A DNA stretch of 64,000 nt from Bacteroidales bacterium (lineage in GTDB: Bacteria; Bacteroidota; Bacteroidia; Bacteroidales; VadinHA17): positions 10,971-74,970 of the forward strand of contig JBAQCQ010000053.1 in the NCBI GenBank assembly GCA_049294275.1, read 5' to 3'. Below, piece by piece: positions 19,346 through 28,698 of this stretch. The position numbers were made by a program, and so were the translations under genes. Below the pieces are notes generated by a model. It searched no databases, was not told the DNA's origin, and was given only the letters and a program-made list of their open reading frames with translations. Every line of letters starts with the position of its first letter. Position 1 is the first letter of the stretch.

Positions 19346-20209
19346 ATGAACATCGATCTGAATTATAAACTCCCCGGGTACTTTACTGAAAAGGGCAACA
19401 TCGTTACCACGATCCTTTTTACGGCAGGTTTTGCGCTGCTTTTCCTGAACATTTACACCCCGTTCGGAGTGAGCACATGGTTCGAGGTGTCAAAACCGAC
19501 GCTCTTTATTTATACCAGCGGGGTTATCCTTGCCGGTGTGTTGGTTGTCGCCGTCAGCAGGGTGATCATGTATCATGCCGTGCGCCGGGGCTTGCAGCTG
19601 CAGGTATGGCACTACCTTGCATGGGTTGCGGTAGAGATAGTCTCAATGGCGCTCTTCTTCACTCTGTTTGAAATCGTGATCCTCGATGATCCCCGGAGCT
19701 TTTCCGAACTTCTGGGAAGATCAGTACGTCACACTTCTCTTACCCTCCTCCTTCCCTATATCATGCTTTGGCTGTATTTTTCATGGAGTGACAGCAAGCG
19801 CATCCTGTCCGGCTTAAAGGAGCAGGCCGACGGGCAGGGACTGGCACAGAGCCAGAAGCCGATGATCCCGCTCAGAGATGAGAAAGGTGTGCTGAGGATG
19901 TCTCTCAAACGCTCTGACATTCTTTACATGCAGGGCAGCGACAACTACGTCACCGTCTGGTACCAGGCACAGAACAGGGTGACGAAGTTCATGCTCCGCA
20001 ACACCCTCAGAACCCTGGAGGATGAGCTCAAACAGGAATCGGTTATCCGTTGCCACCGTTCCTACCTTGTCAACATTGAAAAGGTCAAGCTGATCCGCAG
20101 GGAAAAGGAGGGGCTGGCTCTCGAACTCGACAGCACACCCCCCTCAACCGTGCCAGTGTCAAGAACATATATGCATGAGGTTCTGACTTCCTTCGGCCAG
20201 GAGACCTGA
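19346..20209 (+). CDS. Membrane-anchored LytTR-domain DNA-binding protein
   Basis: 287 aa with about four N-terminal hydrophobic helices. The C-terminal LytTR core is [17 protein letters not shown], then [14 protein letters not shown]. Confidence 0.8.
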   Translation: MNIDLNYKLPGYFTEKGNIVTTILFTAGFALLFLNIYTPFGVSTWFEVSKPTLFIYTSGVILAGVLVVAVSRVIMYHAVRRGLQLQVWHYLAWVAVEIVSMALFFTLFEIVILDDPRSFSELLGRSVRHTSLTLLLPYIMLWLYFSWSDSKRILSGLKEQADGQGLAQSQKPMIPLRDEKGVLRMSLKRSDILYMQGSDNYVTVWYQAQNRVTKFMLRNTLRTLEDELKQESVIRCHRSYLVNIEKVKLIRREKEGLALELDSTPPSTVPVSRTYMHEVLTSFGQET

Positions 20210-20238
20210 TTGCCGGTCCGGCGGTTCTCCAAAATCAC

Positions 20239-20246
20239 TATATTTG
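20239..20246 (+). promoter_or_regulatory. -7 box candidate for metG
   Basis: TATATTTG, with 31 nt to ATG 20278. Confidence 0.35.
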
Positions 20247-20277
20247 CCCGATTAACCACAGCAACAGCTTATCACAG

Positions 20278-22311
20278 ATGAAGAAGTTCAAGCGTCACCT
20301 TATCACATCTGCCCTGCCGTATGCCAACGGACCAATACACATCGGCCACCTGGCAGGGGTTTATGTGCCGTCAGACATCTATACCCGGTACCTGCGTATG
20401 CGGGGTGAGGATGTCATCTCCATCTGCGGCTCGGACGAGCATGGCGTGCCAATTACCCTCAAGGCACGGAAGGAGGGCATCACCCCGCAGGAGGTGGTTG
20501 ACCGCTATCATGAACTCAACAAGAAAGCCTTCAGCGACTTCGGGATTTCATTTGACATCTACTCCCGTACATCCAATAAGATACATTACGAGACTGCCTC
20601 GCAGTTTTTCCGCAAGCTTTATGACCAGGGTGAATTCATCGAGAAGACCGCCAGCCAGTATTACGATGAAGAGGCAGGCTGCTTCCTGGCAGACAGGTAC
20701 ATCACCGGCACCTGCCCTCACTGTGCCAATGAAAATGCATATGGCGACCAGTGCGAGAAATGCGGCACATCGCTCAGTCCCACCGACCTGATCAACCCCC
20801 GTTCAACCATCAGCGGCAGCGCCCCGGTGATGCGTGACACCCTCCACTGGTACCTTCCGCTCGATAAATATGAACCCTGGATCAGGAAATGGATCCTCGA
20901 GGAACACACCGAGTGGAAGAGCAACGTTTACGGCCAGTGCAAGTCGTGGCTCGACCAGGGATTACAGCCCAGGGCTGTCAGCCGTGACCTCGACTGGGGC
21001 GTGCCTGTTCCCGTTGAAGGAGCGGAAGGCAAGGTCCTCTATGTATGGTTTGATGCTCCCATTGGATACATCTCTGCAACCAGGGAACTTACACCCGACT
21101 GGGAAAAATACTGGAAAGATCCCGGGACCCGGTTGATACACTTTATAGGAAAGGACAACATCGTCTTTCACTGCATCATCTTTCCCGCTATGCTCAAGGC
21201 AGAGGGAAGCTACATCCTTCCCGACAATGTGCCAGCGAATGAGTTTCTGAACCTCGAGTCTGACAAGATCTCCACCTCGCGCAACTGGGCGGTCTGGCTG
21301 CACGAGTACCTGGTGGATTTCCCGGGGAAGCAGGACTCTCTCAGGTATGCCCTCTGTGCAAGCGCACCGGAGACAAAAGACAACGACTTCACCTGGAAGG
21401 AGTTCCAGGCAAGGAACAATAACGAGCTTGTTGCCATCCTCGGCAACTTTATCAACCGCACCCTGGTGCTGACAAACAATTATTACATGGGTGTGGTGCC
21501 TGCACCGGGGGCGATGACTGATTACGACACTGCCGCGATAAGTTCGATCACAAAATGCAGGGAGAATGTTGAAAGCAACCTCGGGGACTTCAGGTTCCGG
21601 CAGGCGCTGGCCGAGGCCATGAACCTGGCCCGTCTCGGCAACAAATACCTTGCAGATACGGAACCGTGGAAGGTTGTGAAAACCGATCCCGAACGGGTCA
21701 GGACAATAATGTACGTATCGCTTCAGATAACCGCCAACCTTGCCATTCTGCTTGAACCGTTCCTTCCCTTCTCGATGGATAAGCTGAGGGGCTGGCTTGA
21801 CATAGACGACCTGAACTGGGATGTCGCCGGCAGATCTGACCTGCTCACTCCCGGACACGTTGTCTCTTCAGGGGAGCTGATGTTCAGCAAGGTGGAGGAT
21901 GCAGAGATTGAAAGGCAGGTCAGGAAGCTTCTTGACACGAAAAAGGCCAATGCCGCTGAGAATGCCCTCGTGATCCCGCAGAAGGAGGATGTCAGCTTCG
22001 ACGAGTTCACGCGCATGGATATCCGCACTGCAACCATTCTTGAGGCAGAGAAGGTGCCAAAGACTACGAAGCTTCTCAGGCTTAAGGTTGACACGGGAAT
22101 TGATGTCCGCACTATTGTGTCGGGCATAGCTGAGCACTTTACAGCAGAGGAGCTTCCGGGCAAGAGCATCTCAGTCATTGTCAACCTGGCACCCCGGACC
22201 ATCAAGGGTATTGAATCGAAGGGGATGGTTCTGCTTGCAGAGGACGAGACCGGAAAGCTGGTCTTTGTGGTACCGGAGATGAAGATAAAAAACGGAAGCC
22301 CGGTTAAGTAG
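20278..22311 (+). CDS. metG: Methionine--tRNA ligase
   Basis: 677 aa with PIHIGHLAG (HIGH), a CPHC / C-x-x-C knuckle, the KISTSR loop, and a C-terminal tRNA-binding domain. Confidence 0.97.
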   Translation: MKKFKRHLITSALPYANGPIHIGHLAGVYVPSDIYTRYLRMRGEDVISICGSDEHGVPITLKARKEGITPQEVVDRYHELNKKAFSDFGISFDIYSRTSNKIHYETASQFFRKLYDQGEFIEKTASQYYDEEAGCFLADRYITGTCPHCANENAYGDQCEKCGTSLSPTDLINPRSTISGSAPVMRDTLHWYLPLDKYEPWIRKWILEEHTEWKSNVYGQCKSWLDQGLQPRAVSRDLDWGVPVPVEGAEGKVLYVWFDAPIGYISATRELTPDWEKYWKDPGTRLIHFIGKDNIVFHCIIFPAMLKAEGSYILPDNVPANEFLNLESDKISTSRNWAVWLHEYLVDFPGKQDSLRYALCASAPETKDNDFTWKEFQARNNNELVAILGNFINRTLVLTNNYYMGVVPAPGAMTDYDTAAISSITKCRENVESNLGDFRFRQALAEAMNLARLGNKYLADTEPWKVVKTDPERVRTIMYVSLQITANLAILLEPFLPFSMDKLRGWLDIDDLNWDVAGRSDLLTPGHVVSSGELMFSKVEDAEIERQVRKLLDTKKANAAENALVIPQKEDVSFDEFTRMDIRTATILEAEKVPKTTKLLRLKVDTGIDVRTIVSGIAEHFTAEELPGKSISVIVNLAPRTIKGIESKGMVLLAEDETGKLVFVVPEMKIKNGSPVK

Positions 22312-22446
22312 GTTTTGCGATTGTCGGTTTTGACTAGTGTCTCCGGGGTTTGCGATTGTCGGTTTTGACCAGTGCCTGATGTCTCAGGGATTTGCGATTT
22401 GCGGCTTTTGGTTTAATCGACAATCGAAAATCTGAAATCGAAAATT
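22311..22446. repeat. Composite intergenic palindromic element, copy A (three direct left-arm units plus a complementary right arm)
   Basis: The left-arm units are GGTTTTGCGATTGTCGGTTTTGAC (22311-22334), GGGTTTGCGATTGTCGGTTTTGAC (22346-22369) and GGGATTTGCGATTTGCGGCTTTTGG (22387-22412). The right arm is AATCGACAATCGAAAATCTGAAATCGAAAATT (22415-22446), whose reverse complement matches the units. Confidence 0.85.
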
Positions 22447-22449
22447 CCT

Positions 22450-23580
22450 TTACTGCCTGCTTTTACATACCCATGCGCCCGGAAAATCCCTGCCGGCCTT
22501 CTGGAGTGCCATACGTGCTTCGTCAAGAGTTGCGTATGACTGAGCGCTGACGCGCAGGAAGCCATCTGGTCCTCCTGCCACCTCAGGGTCGAAGCCCTGC
22601 CTGCGCAGGCGTTCAACCATGTTAAGGGCATTATCCTCACCCTTGAAGCTGCCGGTTATAAGCAGGTACCTGTATTCCTCCACCACAACTGCCTGTGACG
22701 GACGGGTGATGTTCTGCCGCACGGGGATCTCCCTGACAGCGGGTGCTGTCTCAGCAGGACGTTCACTGGAAATTGGTGATGTAAGGGCTGGCGGCTCGCT
22801 GGCAACAGGAGCAGAAACCACGGGTCTATCCGCAACCGGGAGGCCGGTAGCTGAAGTCTCTGCTGTGCCCGGAGGGCCAGCAGGAACAGCCGCTTCAACC
22901 AGGGTGTCTCCTGTTATTATTGCAGTCCTGCCGGCGTCAATCTGTTCACGGTTGAATTCAAGCTCAGCCCTGGCAAGGGGGTTGAGTGTCGATTCCTCCA
23001 GGTTTCCCTTAAAGAGATGGTCATTGAAGGGTACCAGGGCCAGGGCCACCAGGATTGGTATTATCACTGCGGCTCTTGTCAGCAGGCTTCTTACCGTGGG
23101 CTGGCTCACGGAAGGCTCACTGCGTCTATCAAGAGCCCTCTTCCTGACATCAAACCCTGTAACCGGCTGACGGTGGTAGGCGCTCAGACCGTACGATGTG
23201 AGAAGGTAATTGACCGTGGTGTCCGGATCGAAAATTATCGCACCCTCGTAATTGAGCGAGAAGGTTCCGAGATGATCCATGGGTACAGAATTGCCGGTCA
23301 GTATCTTCCTCCGGAGCTCGTCAGCCCATTCCAGCACGATGTCGCGGGCTTCACCGTAGCCTACACCGAGACCTGATGAAATCTGACCAATCAGCAGGCC
23401 GTCATTTCCTGTAAGATGCCGGTTAAAGGTAATCTTCCTTGAGGGAGGTTCAAAGAGTCCTTCTTTACGGTCAATGCGTGCCGGGAAATAGTTCCCGATA
23501 AACGCACCAAACCCCGGAATAATGACACAATCGTGCCTGAAAAGCATCTCTCTGATGAATCCGGTAATATCCCTCGCCAT
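22450..23580 (-). CDS. HU-like N-terminal domain / SPOR-domain protein
   Basis: Start moved to ATG 23580 (MARDITGFIREML), because a TAnnTTTG box lies inside the longer track ORF. It has a Pro/Ala-rich linker and a C-terminal SPOR domain (YLLITGSFKGEDNALNMVERL). Confidence 0.8.
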   Translation of the reverse strand: MARDITGFIREMLFRHDCVIIPGFGAFIGNYFPARIDRKEGLFEPPSRKITFNRHLTGNDGLLIGQISSGLGVGYGEARDIVLEWADELRRKILTGNSVPMDHLGTFSLNYEGAIIFDPDTTVNYLLTSYGLSAYHRQPVTGFDVRKRALDRRSEPSVSQPTVRSLLTRAAVIIPILVALALVPFNDHLFKGNLEESTLNPLARAELEFNREQIDAGRTAIITGDTLVEAAVPAGPPGTAETSATGLPVADRPVVSAPVASEPPALTSPISSERPAETAPAVREIPVRQNITRPSQAVVVEEYRYLLITGSFKGEDNALNMVERLRRQGFDPEVAGGPDGFLRVSAQSYATLDEARMALQKAGRDFPGAWVCKSRQ

Positions 23581-23597
23581 GTATAAGCAATAATGAA

Positions 23598-23605
23598 CAA
23601 AGATA
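23598..23605 (-). promoter_or_regulatory. -7 box candidate for the SPOR-domain gene
   Basis: TATCTTTG on the minus strand, with 17 nt to ATG 23580. It lies inside the longer track ORF, which supports the shorter start. Confidence 0.35.
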
Positions 23606-23684
23606 AAAAGAAACCTGATTGGAGGGCGGAAAAAAGGGTTAAAATAAATTCTATTATCTTCGCCTGAGAGAGACAAAACAGCAG

Positions 23685-24812
23685 ATGAAGAAGATTGAGA
23701 TGGTTGACCTCCGTACGCAGTATGAGAGGCTTAAGGCAGACATTGACAGTGCCATTTCGGATGTCATCAGCTCAACGGCCTTCATCAAGGGTCCTGATGT
23801 CCGTCTTTTTGAAGAGGAACTTCAGCGCTACCTGGGTGTACGCAATGTGATTGCATGCGCCAACGGCACCGATGCTCTTCAGATAGCCATGATGGCGCTT
23901 GACCTCAAGCCGGGTGATGAGGTGATAACAACAAACTTCACCTTCATTGCAACGGTTGAGGTGATTGAGCTCCTCGGCCTCAGGCTTGTACTTGTCGATC
24001 CTGACCCCGACACATTCAACATCAGCATTGAGGCAACAGAAAGAGCCATCACTCCGCGCACCCGGGCTATTGTGCCCGTGCATCTCTTCGGCCAGTGTGC
24101 TGACATGGAGCCTCTCATGGAACTGGCCCACCGTCACGGCATTTATCTCATCGAGGACGTGGCGCAGGCCACCGGAGCTGAGTATCGGTTCAGTGACGGC
24201 ACCGTGAAAAAGGCCGGTTCAATGGGCATCATAGGCTGTACCTCGTTCTTCCCCTCAAAGAACCTGGGATGCTACGGCGACGGTGGGGCTCTCTTTACGG
24301 ACGATGACGCCCTGGCAGAACTGATAAGGAGCATCACGAACCACGGCATGAAGGTCAGATATTACCATGACACCATCGGCGTCAACTCGCGCCTTGACAC
24401 CATACAGGCCGCCATCCTGAGGGTCAAGTTGCGCCATCTTGACGACTTCAACCAGGCACGGCAGAGGGCAGCAGCCCATTATGACCGGGAGCTGTCAGGT
24501 CTGCCGGGGATAATCATACCTGTGCGGGCAGCAAACTCGTCGCACATATTTCACCAGTATACCCTGAGAGTTGAAGGCGGAGAGAGGAACAGGCTCCGCG
24601 AGTGCCTCGAGAATGAAGGGGTACCCTCCATGATTTATTACCCCGTTCCCCTGCACATGCAGAAAGCGTATGCACACCTGGGGTACAGGGCAGACGACTT
24701 CCCCGTCACCACACAACTTACAGGGGAGGTACTCTCACTGCCCATGCACACCGAGCTTGACGACGAACAGCTCGCATATATAACAGGGTGCATCAGGTCA
24801 AAATTCAACTGA
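23685..24812 (+). CDS. DegT/DnrJ/EryC1-family PLP aminotransferase, WbpE-like
   Basis: 375 aa with a typical sugar aminotransferase layout (ACANGTDAL, then FFPSKNLG). It is the first gene of a six-gene sugar module. Confidence 0.85.
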   Translation: MKKIEMVDLRTQYERLKADIDSAISDVISSTAFIKGPDVRLFEEELQRYLGVRNVIACANGTDALQIAMMALDLKPGDEVITTNFTFIATVEVIELLGLRLVLVDPDPDTFNISIEATERAITPRTRAIVPVHLFGQCADMEPLMELAHRHGIYLIEDVAQATGAEYRFSDGTVKKAGSMGIIGCTSFFPSKNLGCYGDGGALFTDDDALAELIRSITNHGMKVRYYHDTIGVNSRLDTIQAAILRVKLRHLDDFNQARQRAAAHYDRELSGLPGIIIPVRAANSSHIFHQYTLRVEGGERNRLRECLENEGVPSMIYYPVPLHMQKAYAHLGYRADDFPVTTQLTGEVLSLPMHTELDDEQLAYITGCIRSKFN

Positions 24813-24815
24813 AAA

Positions 24816-25400
24816 ATGATGGAAAAAGAGTTTTTTGCACACGAAACGGCTGTGATAGACGAGGGGTGCACAATAGGAAGAGGAACCAGAATATGGCACT
24901 TCAGCCACATAATGAAGGATGCCGTTATCGGGGAGAACTGCAACATAGGCCAGAATGTCGTTGTCTCACCCGGCGTTATTCTGGGAAATAATGTCAAGGT
25001 CCAGAACAATGTCTCAATATATACCGGAGTTATATGTGAAGATGATGTTTTTCTCGGACCCTCGATGGTATTCACCAATATAACCAACCCCCGCAGCGCC
25101 ATCATCAGGCGCGACCGGTACGTCACCACCATGGTAAGACGCGGAGCTTCAATCGGCGCCAATGCAACCATAGTGTGCGGAAATGAGATAGGCGAGTATT
25201 CGCTTATAGGGGCCGGTGCGGTGATAACCAAAAATGTAAAGCCCTTTGCTCTCGTGGTCGGAAACCCCGGCCGCCAGACAGGCTGGGTCTCAGAATACGG
25301 GCACAAACTCTCCTTCGGAAACGACGGCGTGGCTGTCTGCCCTGAAAGCGGACAGAAATACCGGATCACTGATGAAACCGTTAAAAAAATTGTACAGTAA
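24816..25400 (+). CDS. Left-handed beta-helix N-acetyltransferase, WbpD-like
   Basis: 194 aa of hexapeptide repeats (IGENCNIGQNVVV, then IGANATIV). The size matches WbpD. Confidence 0.8.
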   Translation: MMEKEFFAHETAVIDEGCTIGRGTRIWHFSHIMKDAVIGENCNIGQNVVVSPGVILGNNVKVQNNVSIYTGVICEDDVFLGPSMVFTNITNPRSAIIRRDRYVTTMVRRGASIGANATIVCGNEIGEYSLIGAGAVITKNVKPFALVVGNPGRQTGWVSEYGHKLSFGNDGVAVCPESGQKYRITDETVKKIVQ

Positions 25401-25425
25401 TCTTATGCCTTCATAATAGCTTCTG

Positions 25426-26376
25426 ATGGATAACACACCTAAAAATTTCGGGCTTATAGGTATTGCCGGCTACATTGCCGAACGGCATCTTAAGGCCATA
25501 AAAGAGACAGGCAACCGCCTGCTGGCAAGCCTCGACAGGTTTGACTGCGTTGGAAAAATTGACAGCTATTTTCCCGAGAGTGACTTCTTTGTGGAGTTTG
25601 AGAGGTTCGACAGGCATGTCGACAAGCTGAAGAGAAGCGGCGTGCAGCTTGATTATGTAAGCATCTGCTCACCCAACTACCTGCACGACTCCCACATCAG
25701 GTTCGCACTCAGGCACCAGGCCGATGCGATCTGCGAGAAACCCGTGGTGCTCAACCCGTGGAACATAGATGCGCTACAGGAGATAGAAAAGGAGACCGGG
25801 CACAGGATCTACAACATCCTGCAGCTCAGGTACCACCCGGTGATCATTGAACTGCGCAACAAAATTGCCGCCACCCCTCCGGGGAAAAAACATGACATAG
25901 ACCTTACTTATATCACCAGCCGCGGCCACTGGTACGATATATCATGGAAGGGAGACGTCAACAAATCGGGCGGAATAGCCACGAATATCGGCGTTCACTT
26001 TTTTGACATGCTTGGTTGGATATTCGGTCCCGTGGTGTCAAACAGGGTCTACCTTCTTGAAAATCACAAGGCCTCCGGATTCCTTGAGCTGGAGCGAGCA
26101 CGCGTCAGATGGTTCCTGAGCATCGACTTCAACGACCTCCCCGGAAACGTAAAGGAAAAAGGCAAAAGAACATACCGCAACATAACCGTTGACGGCGAGG
26201 AACTTGAATTCTCGGAAGGATTCACTGATCTCCACACCGTCACCTACCGCGAGATTCTTAAGGGAAACGGATACGGGCTCGAAGACGCCCGCCAGAGCAT
26301 AGAGACGGTCTACCAGATACGCAACTCGGCTCTTTCAGTATTAACAGGTGAGTATCATCCTCTAATTAAAAAATAA
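25426..26376 (+). CDS. Gfo/Idh/MocA oxidoreductase, WbpB-like
   Basis: 316 aa with the N-terminal Rossmann FGLIGIAGYIAERH and CEKP. Size and context match WbpB. Confidence 0.75.
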   Translation: MDNTPKNFGLIGIAGYIAERHLKAIKETGNRLLASLDRFDCVGKIDSYFPESDFFVEFERFDRHVDKLKRSGVQLDYVSICSPNYLHDSHIRFALRHQADAICEKPVVLNPWNIDALQEIEKETGHRIYNILQLRYHPVIIELRNKIAATPPGKKHDIDLTYITSRGHWYDISWKGDVNKSGGIATNIGVHFFDMLGWIFGPVVSNRVYLLENHKASGFLELERARVRWFLSIDFNDLPGNVKEKGKRTYRNITVDGEELEFSEGFTDLHTVTYREILKGNGYGLEDARQSIETVYQIRNSALSVLTGEYHPLIKK

Positions 26377-26377
26377 T

Positions 26378-27667
26378 ATGTACGATAAACTTCTGAAAAA
26401 AGAGACAAAACTTTCTCTCATTGGCCTCGGATATGTCGGCCTTCCGATAGCACTTGAATTCGCAAGAAAAATAAAGGTGGTGGGCTTTGACATCAGGCCT
26501 GACCGCGTCGAGCTCATGAAAAAAGGCATAGATCCCAGCAACGAGCTTGAATCCGAGGCATTCAGGGGCACTGACATAAAATATACCTCCGACCCCGAGG
26601 ATCTCAGGGAGGCGTCATTCCATATAATTGCAGTCCCGACACCGGTTACCAAACACAATCTTCCCGATCTCACTCCCGTGCTGAAGGCATCGGAAACGGT
26701 TGGCCGAATTCTCAGGAAGGGAGACTATGTGGTGTATGAATCAACCGTTTATCCGGGATGCACGGAAGAGGACTGTGTGCCGGTACTCGAAAGGTACTCC
26801 GGGCTGAAGTGCCCGGCCGATTTCAAAGTCGGTTTCTCACCAGAACGCATCAACCCGGGCGACAGGAACCACACGCTTACAAAGATCGTCAAGGTCACCA
26901 GCGGCTGTGACCCGGAATCTGCAGAAAACATTGCGAAGACCTACGAGCTCATCATCGAGGCCGGAGTGCACCGCGCATCATCCATCAAGGTGGCTGAGGC
27001 TGCCAAGATCATCGAGAACACTCAGCGCGACATAAACATCGCCTTCATGAATGAACTCTCTATCATCTTCAACCGGATGGGCATCAACACCTTCGAGGTG
27101 CTGGACGCTGCCGGAACCAAGTGGAACTTCCTGAAGTTCTATCCGGGCCTGGTGGGAGGCCACTGCATAGGAGTCGACCCCTATTACCTCTCGTATAAAG
27201 CCAAGGCCATGGGATACCATCCCCAGATGATAGACTCCGGCAGGTTCACCAATGACAGCATGGGCGCCTATGCCGGCAAGGAGACAGTCAAGAAGATCAT
27301 CGCGGCTCATAAGAGCCCTGACAGGTCCAGGGTGCTGATAATGGGTATGACCTTCAAGGAGGATGTGACCGATATACGCAACTCAAAGGTGATAGATGTG
27401 GTAAATGAGCTGCGCGACTTCGGCGTAGAGGTTGATGTCATCGATCCGGGAGCATCACCCGAAGAGGTGAAGCATGAGTACGGCATCAACCTGAAGGATA
27501 AGCCTGAAGGAAAGTATGACGCAATCATAGTGGCTGTTGCACACAGGGAGTATACCGGACTTGATGAGAAATTCTTCCTTGACCTGCTCAACGAGCGGGG
27601 GATACTGGTTGACCTGAAGGGCCTCTACAGGGGCAAGATGAAGTGGCTGACATACTGGAGTCTGTAA
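26378..27667 (+). CDS. UDP-N-acetyl-hexosamine 6-dehydrogenase (WbpA/TviB/Cap5O family)
   Basis: 429 aa with LIGLGYVGLPIA and the catalytic Cys context GLVGGHCIGVDPYY. Confidence 0.85.
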   Translation: MYDKLLKKETKLSLIGLGYVGLPIALEFARKIKVVGFDIRPDRVELMKKGIDPSNELESEAFRGTDIKYTSDPEDLREASFHIIAVPTPVTKHNLPDLTPVLKASETVGRILRKGDYVVYESTVYPGCTEEDCVPVLERYSGLKCPADFKVGFSPERINPGDRNHTLTKIVKVTSGCDPESAENIAKTYELIIEAGVHRASSIKVAEAAKIIENTQRDINIAFMNELSIIFNRMGINTFEVLDAAGTKWNFLKFYPGLVGGHCIGVDPYYLSYKAKAMGYHPQMIDSGRFTNDSMGAYAGKETVKKIIAAHKSPDRSRVLIMGMTFKEDVTDIRNSKVIDVVNELRDFGVEVDVIDPGASPEEVKHEYGINLKDKPEGKYDAIIVAVAHREYTGLDEKFFLDLLNERGILVDLKGLYRGKMKWLTYWSL

Positions 27668-28698
27668 TGAAGCAGAAAATACTGGTCACCGGCGGCACGG
27701 GTTACATCGGATCGCACACGGCCGTGGAGCTGATAACGGATGGGTTTGATGTGGTTATCATTGACAACCTGTACAACTCCGATATCACCGTGCTTGACGG
27801 CATACATGCCATCACCGGCGTCACCCCGAAATTCTACGATTATGATATCTGTGATGCCACGAAGCTCAGCGAGGTATTTGCCGCCGAGGGCAGGATAGAT
27901 GCCATCATCCACTTCGCCGCCTACAAGGCGGTGGGTGAGTCGGTCAGAAAGCCCCTCGACTATTACAGGAACAACCTGACGTCACTGACCAATCTTCTTG
28001 AGATGATGGAGCGCCATAATACTCCGGTGATGGTCTTCTCATCATCATGCACCGTCTACGGCCAGCCCGATTCGTTGCCCGTCACGGAGGCATCGCCGGT
28101 GAAGGAGGCTGCTTCTCCCTACGGTTATACCAAGCAGGCCGGGGAGATTATCATCCGCGACACCATGGCATCAAGGCCATCGCACAGGGCTGTATCGCTC
28201 AGGTACTTCAATCCCATCGGAGCCCATCCCACCGCACATATTGGCGAACTGCCGCGCGGTGTGCCTGAAAACCTGGTTCCCTTCATCACCCAGACAGCCA
28301 AAGGCCTTCGTGATGAGCTTAAGGTCTTCGGGAACGACTATGACACACCGGACGGGTCATGCATACGCGATTACCTCCATGTGGTCGATCTTGCAAAGGC
28401 CCATGTGGTTGCACTGCGCAGGCTCCTTGACAATGAGAATAAAGCGAACTACGAAGTATTTAATCTCGGCACCGGGACGGGAGTATCAGTTTTCGAAGCG
28501 ATAGCGGCATTCGAGAGAGCCACGGGAGTCAAAGTGAAATATACCGTTACCGGACGCAGGGCAGGCGACATTGAAAAGATATGGGCTGACCCCTCGCTGG
28601 CCAACAGGGAGCTTAAGTGGAAAACGGAGATATCTCTCGACGAAGCCATGGAAACAGCCTGGCGGTGGGAAAACAAAATCAGAAACCAGCAAGCATGA
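27667..28698 (+). CDS. galE: UDP-glucose 4-epimerase
   Basis: Start moved to ATG 27667 (a TAATG overlap with the upstream stop). It has ILVTGGTGYIGSH and the YGYTK catalytic motif. Confidence 0.9.
   Translation: MKQKILVTGGTGYIGSHTAVELITDGFDVVIIDNLYNSDITVLDGIHAITGVTPKFYDYDICDATKLSEVFAAEGRIDAIIHFAAYKAVGESVRKPLDYYRNNLTSLTNLLEMMERHNTPVMVFSSSCTVYGQPDSLPVTEASPVKEAASPYGYTKQAGEIIIRDTMASRPSHRAVSLRYFNPIGAHPTAHIGELPRGVPENLVPFITQTAKGLRDELKVFGNDYDTPDGSCIRDYLHVVDLAKAHVVALRRLLDNENKANYEVFNLGTGTGVSVFEAIAAFERATGVKVKYTVTGRRAGDIEKIWADPSLANRELKWKTEISLDEAMETAWRWENKIRNQQA

Noticed and set aside
20962-21858. 298-aa ORF antisense to metG
   Set aside because: It lies entirely inside an unambiguous metG CDS on the opposite strand. 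Its composition is Arg/Pro/Val-rich and low in complexity, as is typical of antisense frames in GC-rich coding DNA.
22311-22412. Three roughly 24-nt direct repeats with short spacers that look superficially like a mini CRISPR array
   Set aside because: There are only three units. The spacers are 11-17 nt, far shorter than CRISPR spacers, and the units are imperfect. The right flank is complementary to the repeats, giving a palindromic element. No cas genes lie in the window.
24638-25369. 243-aa ORF antisense to the WbpE/WbpD genes
   Set aside because: It is antisense to two well-supported CDSs and shows no domain signal.
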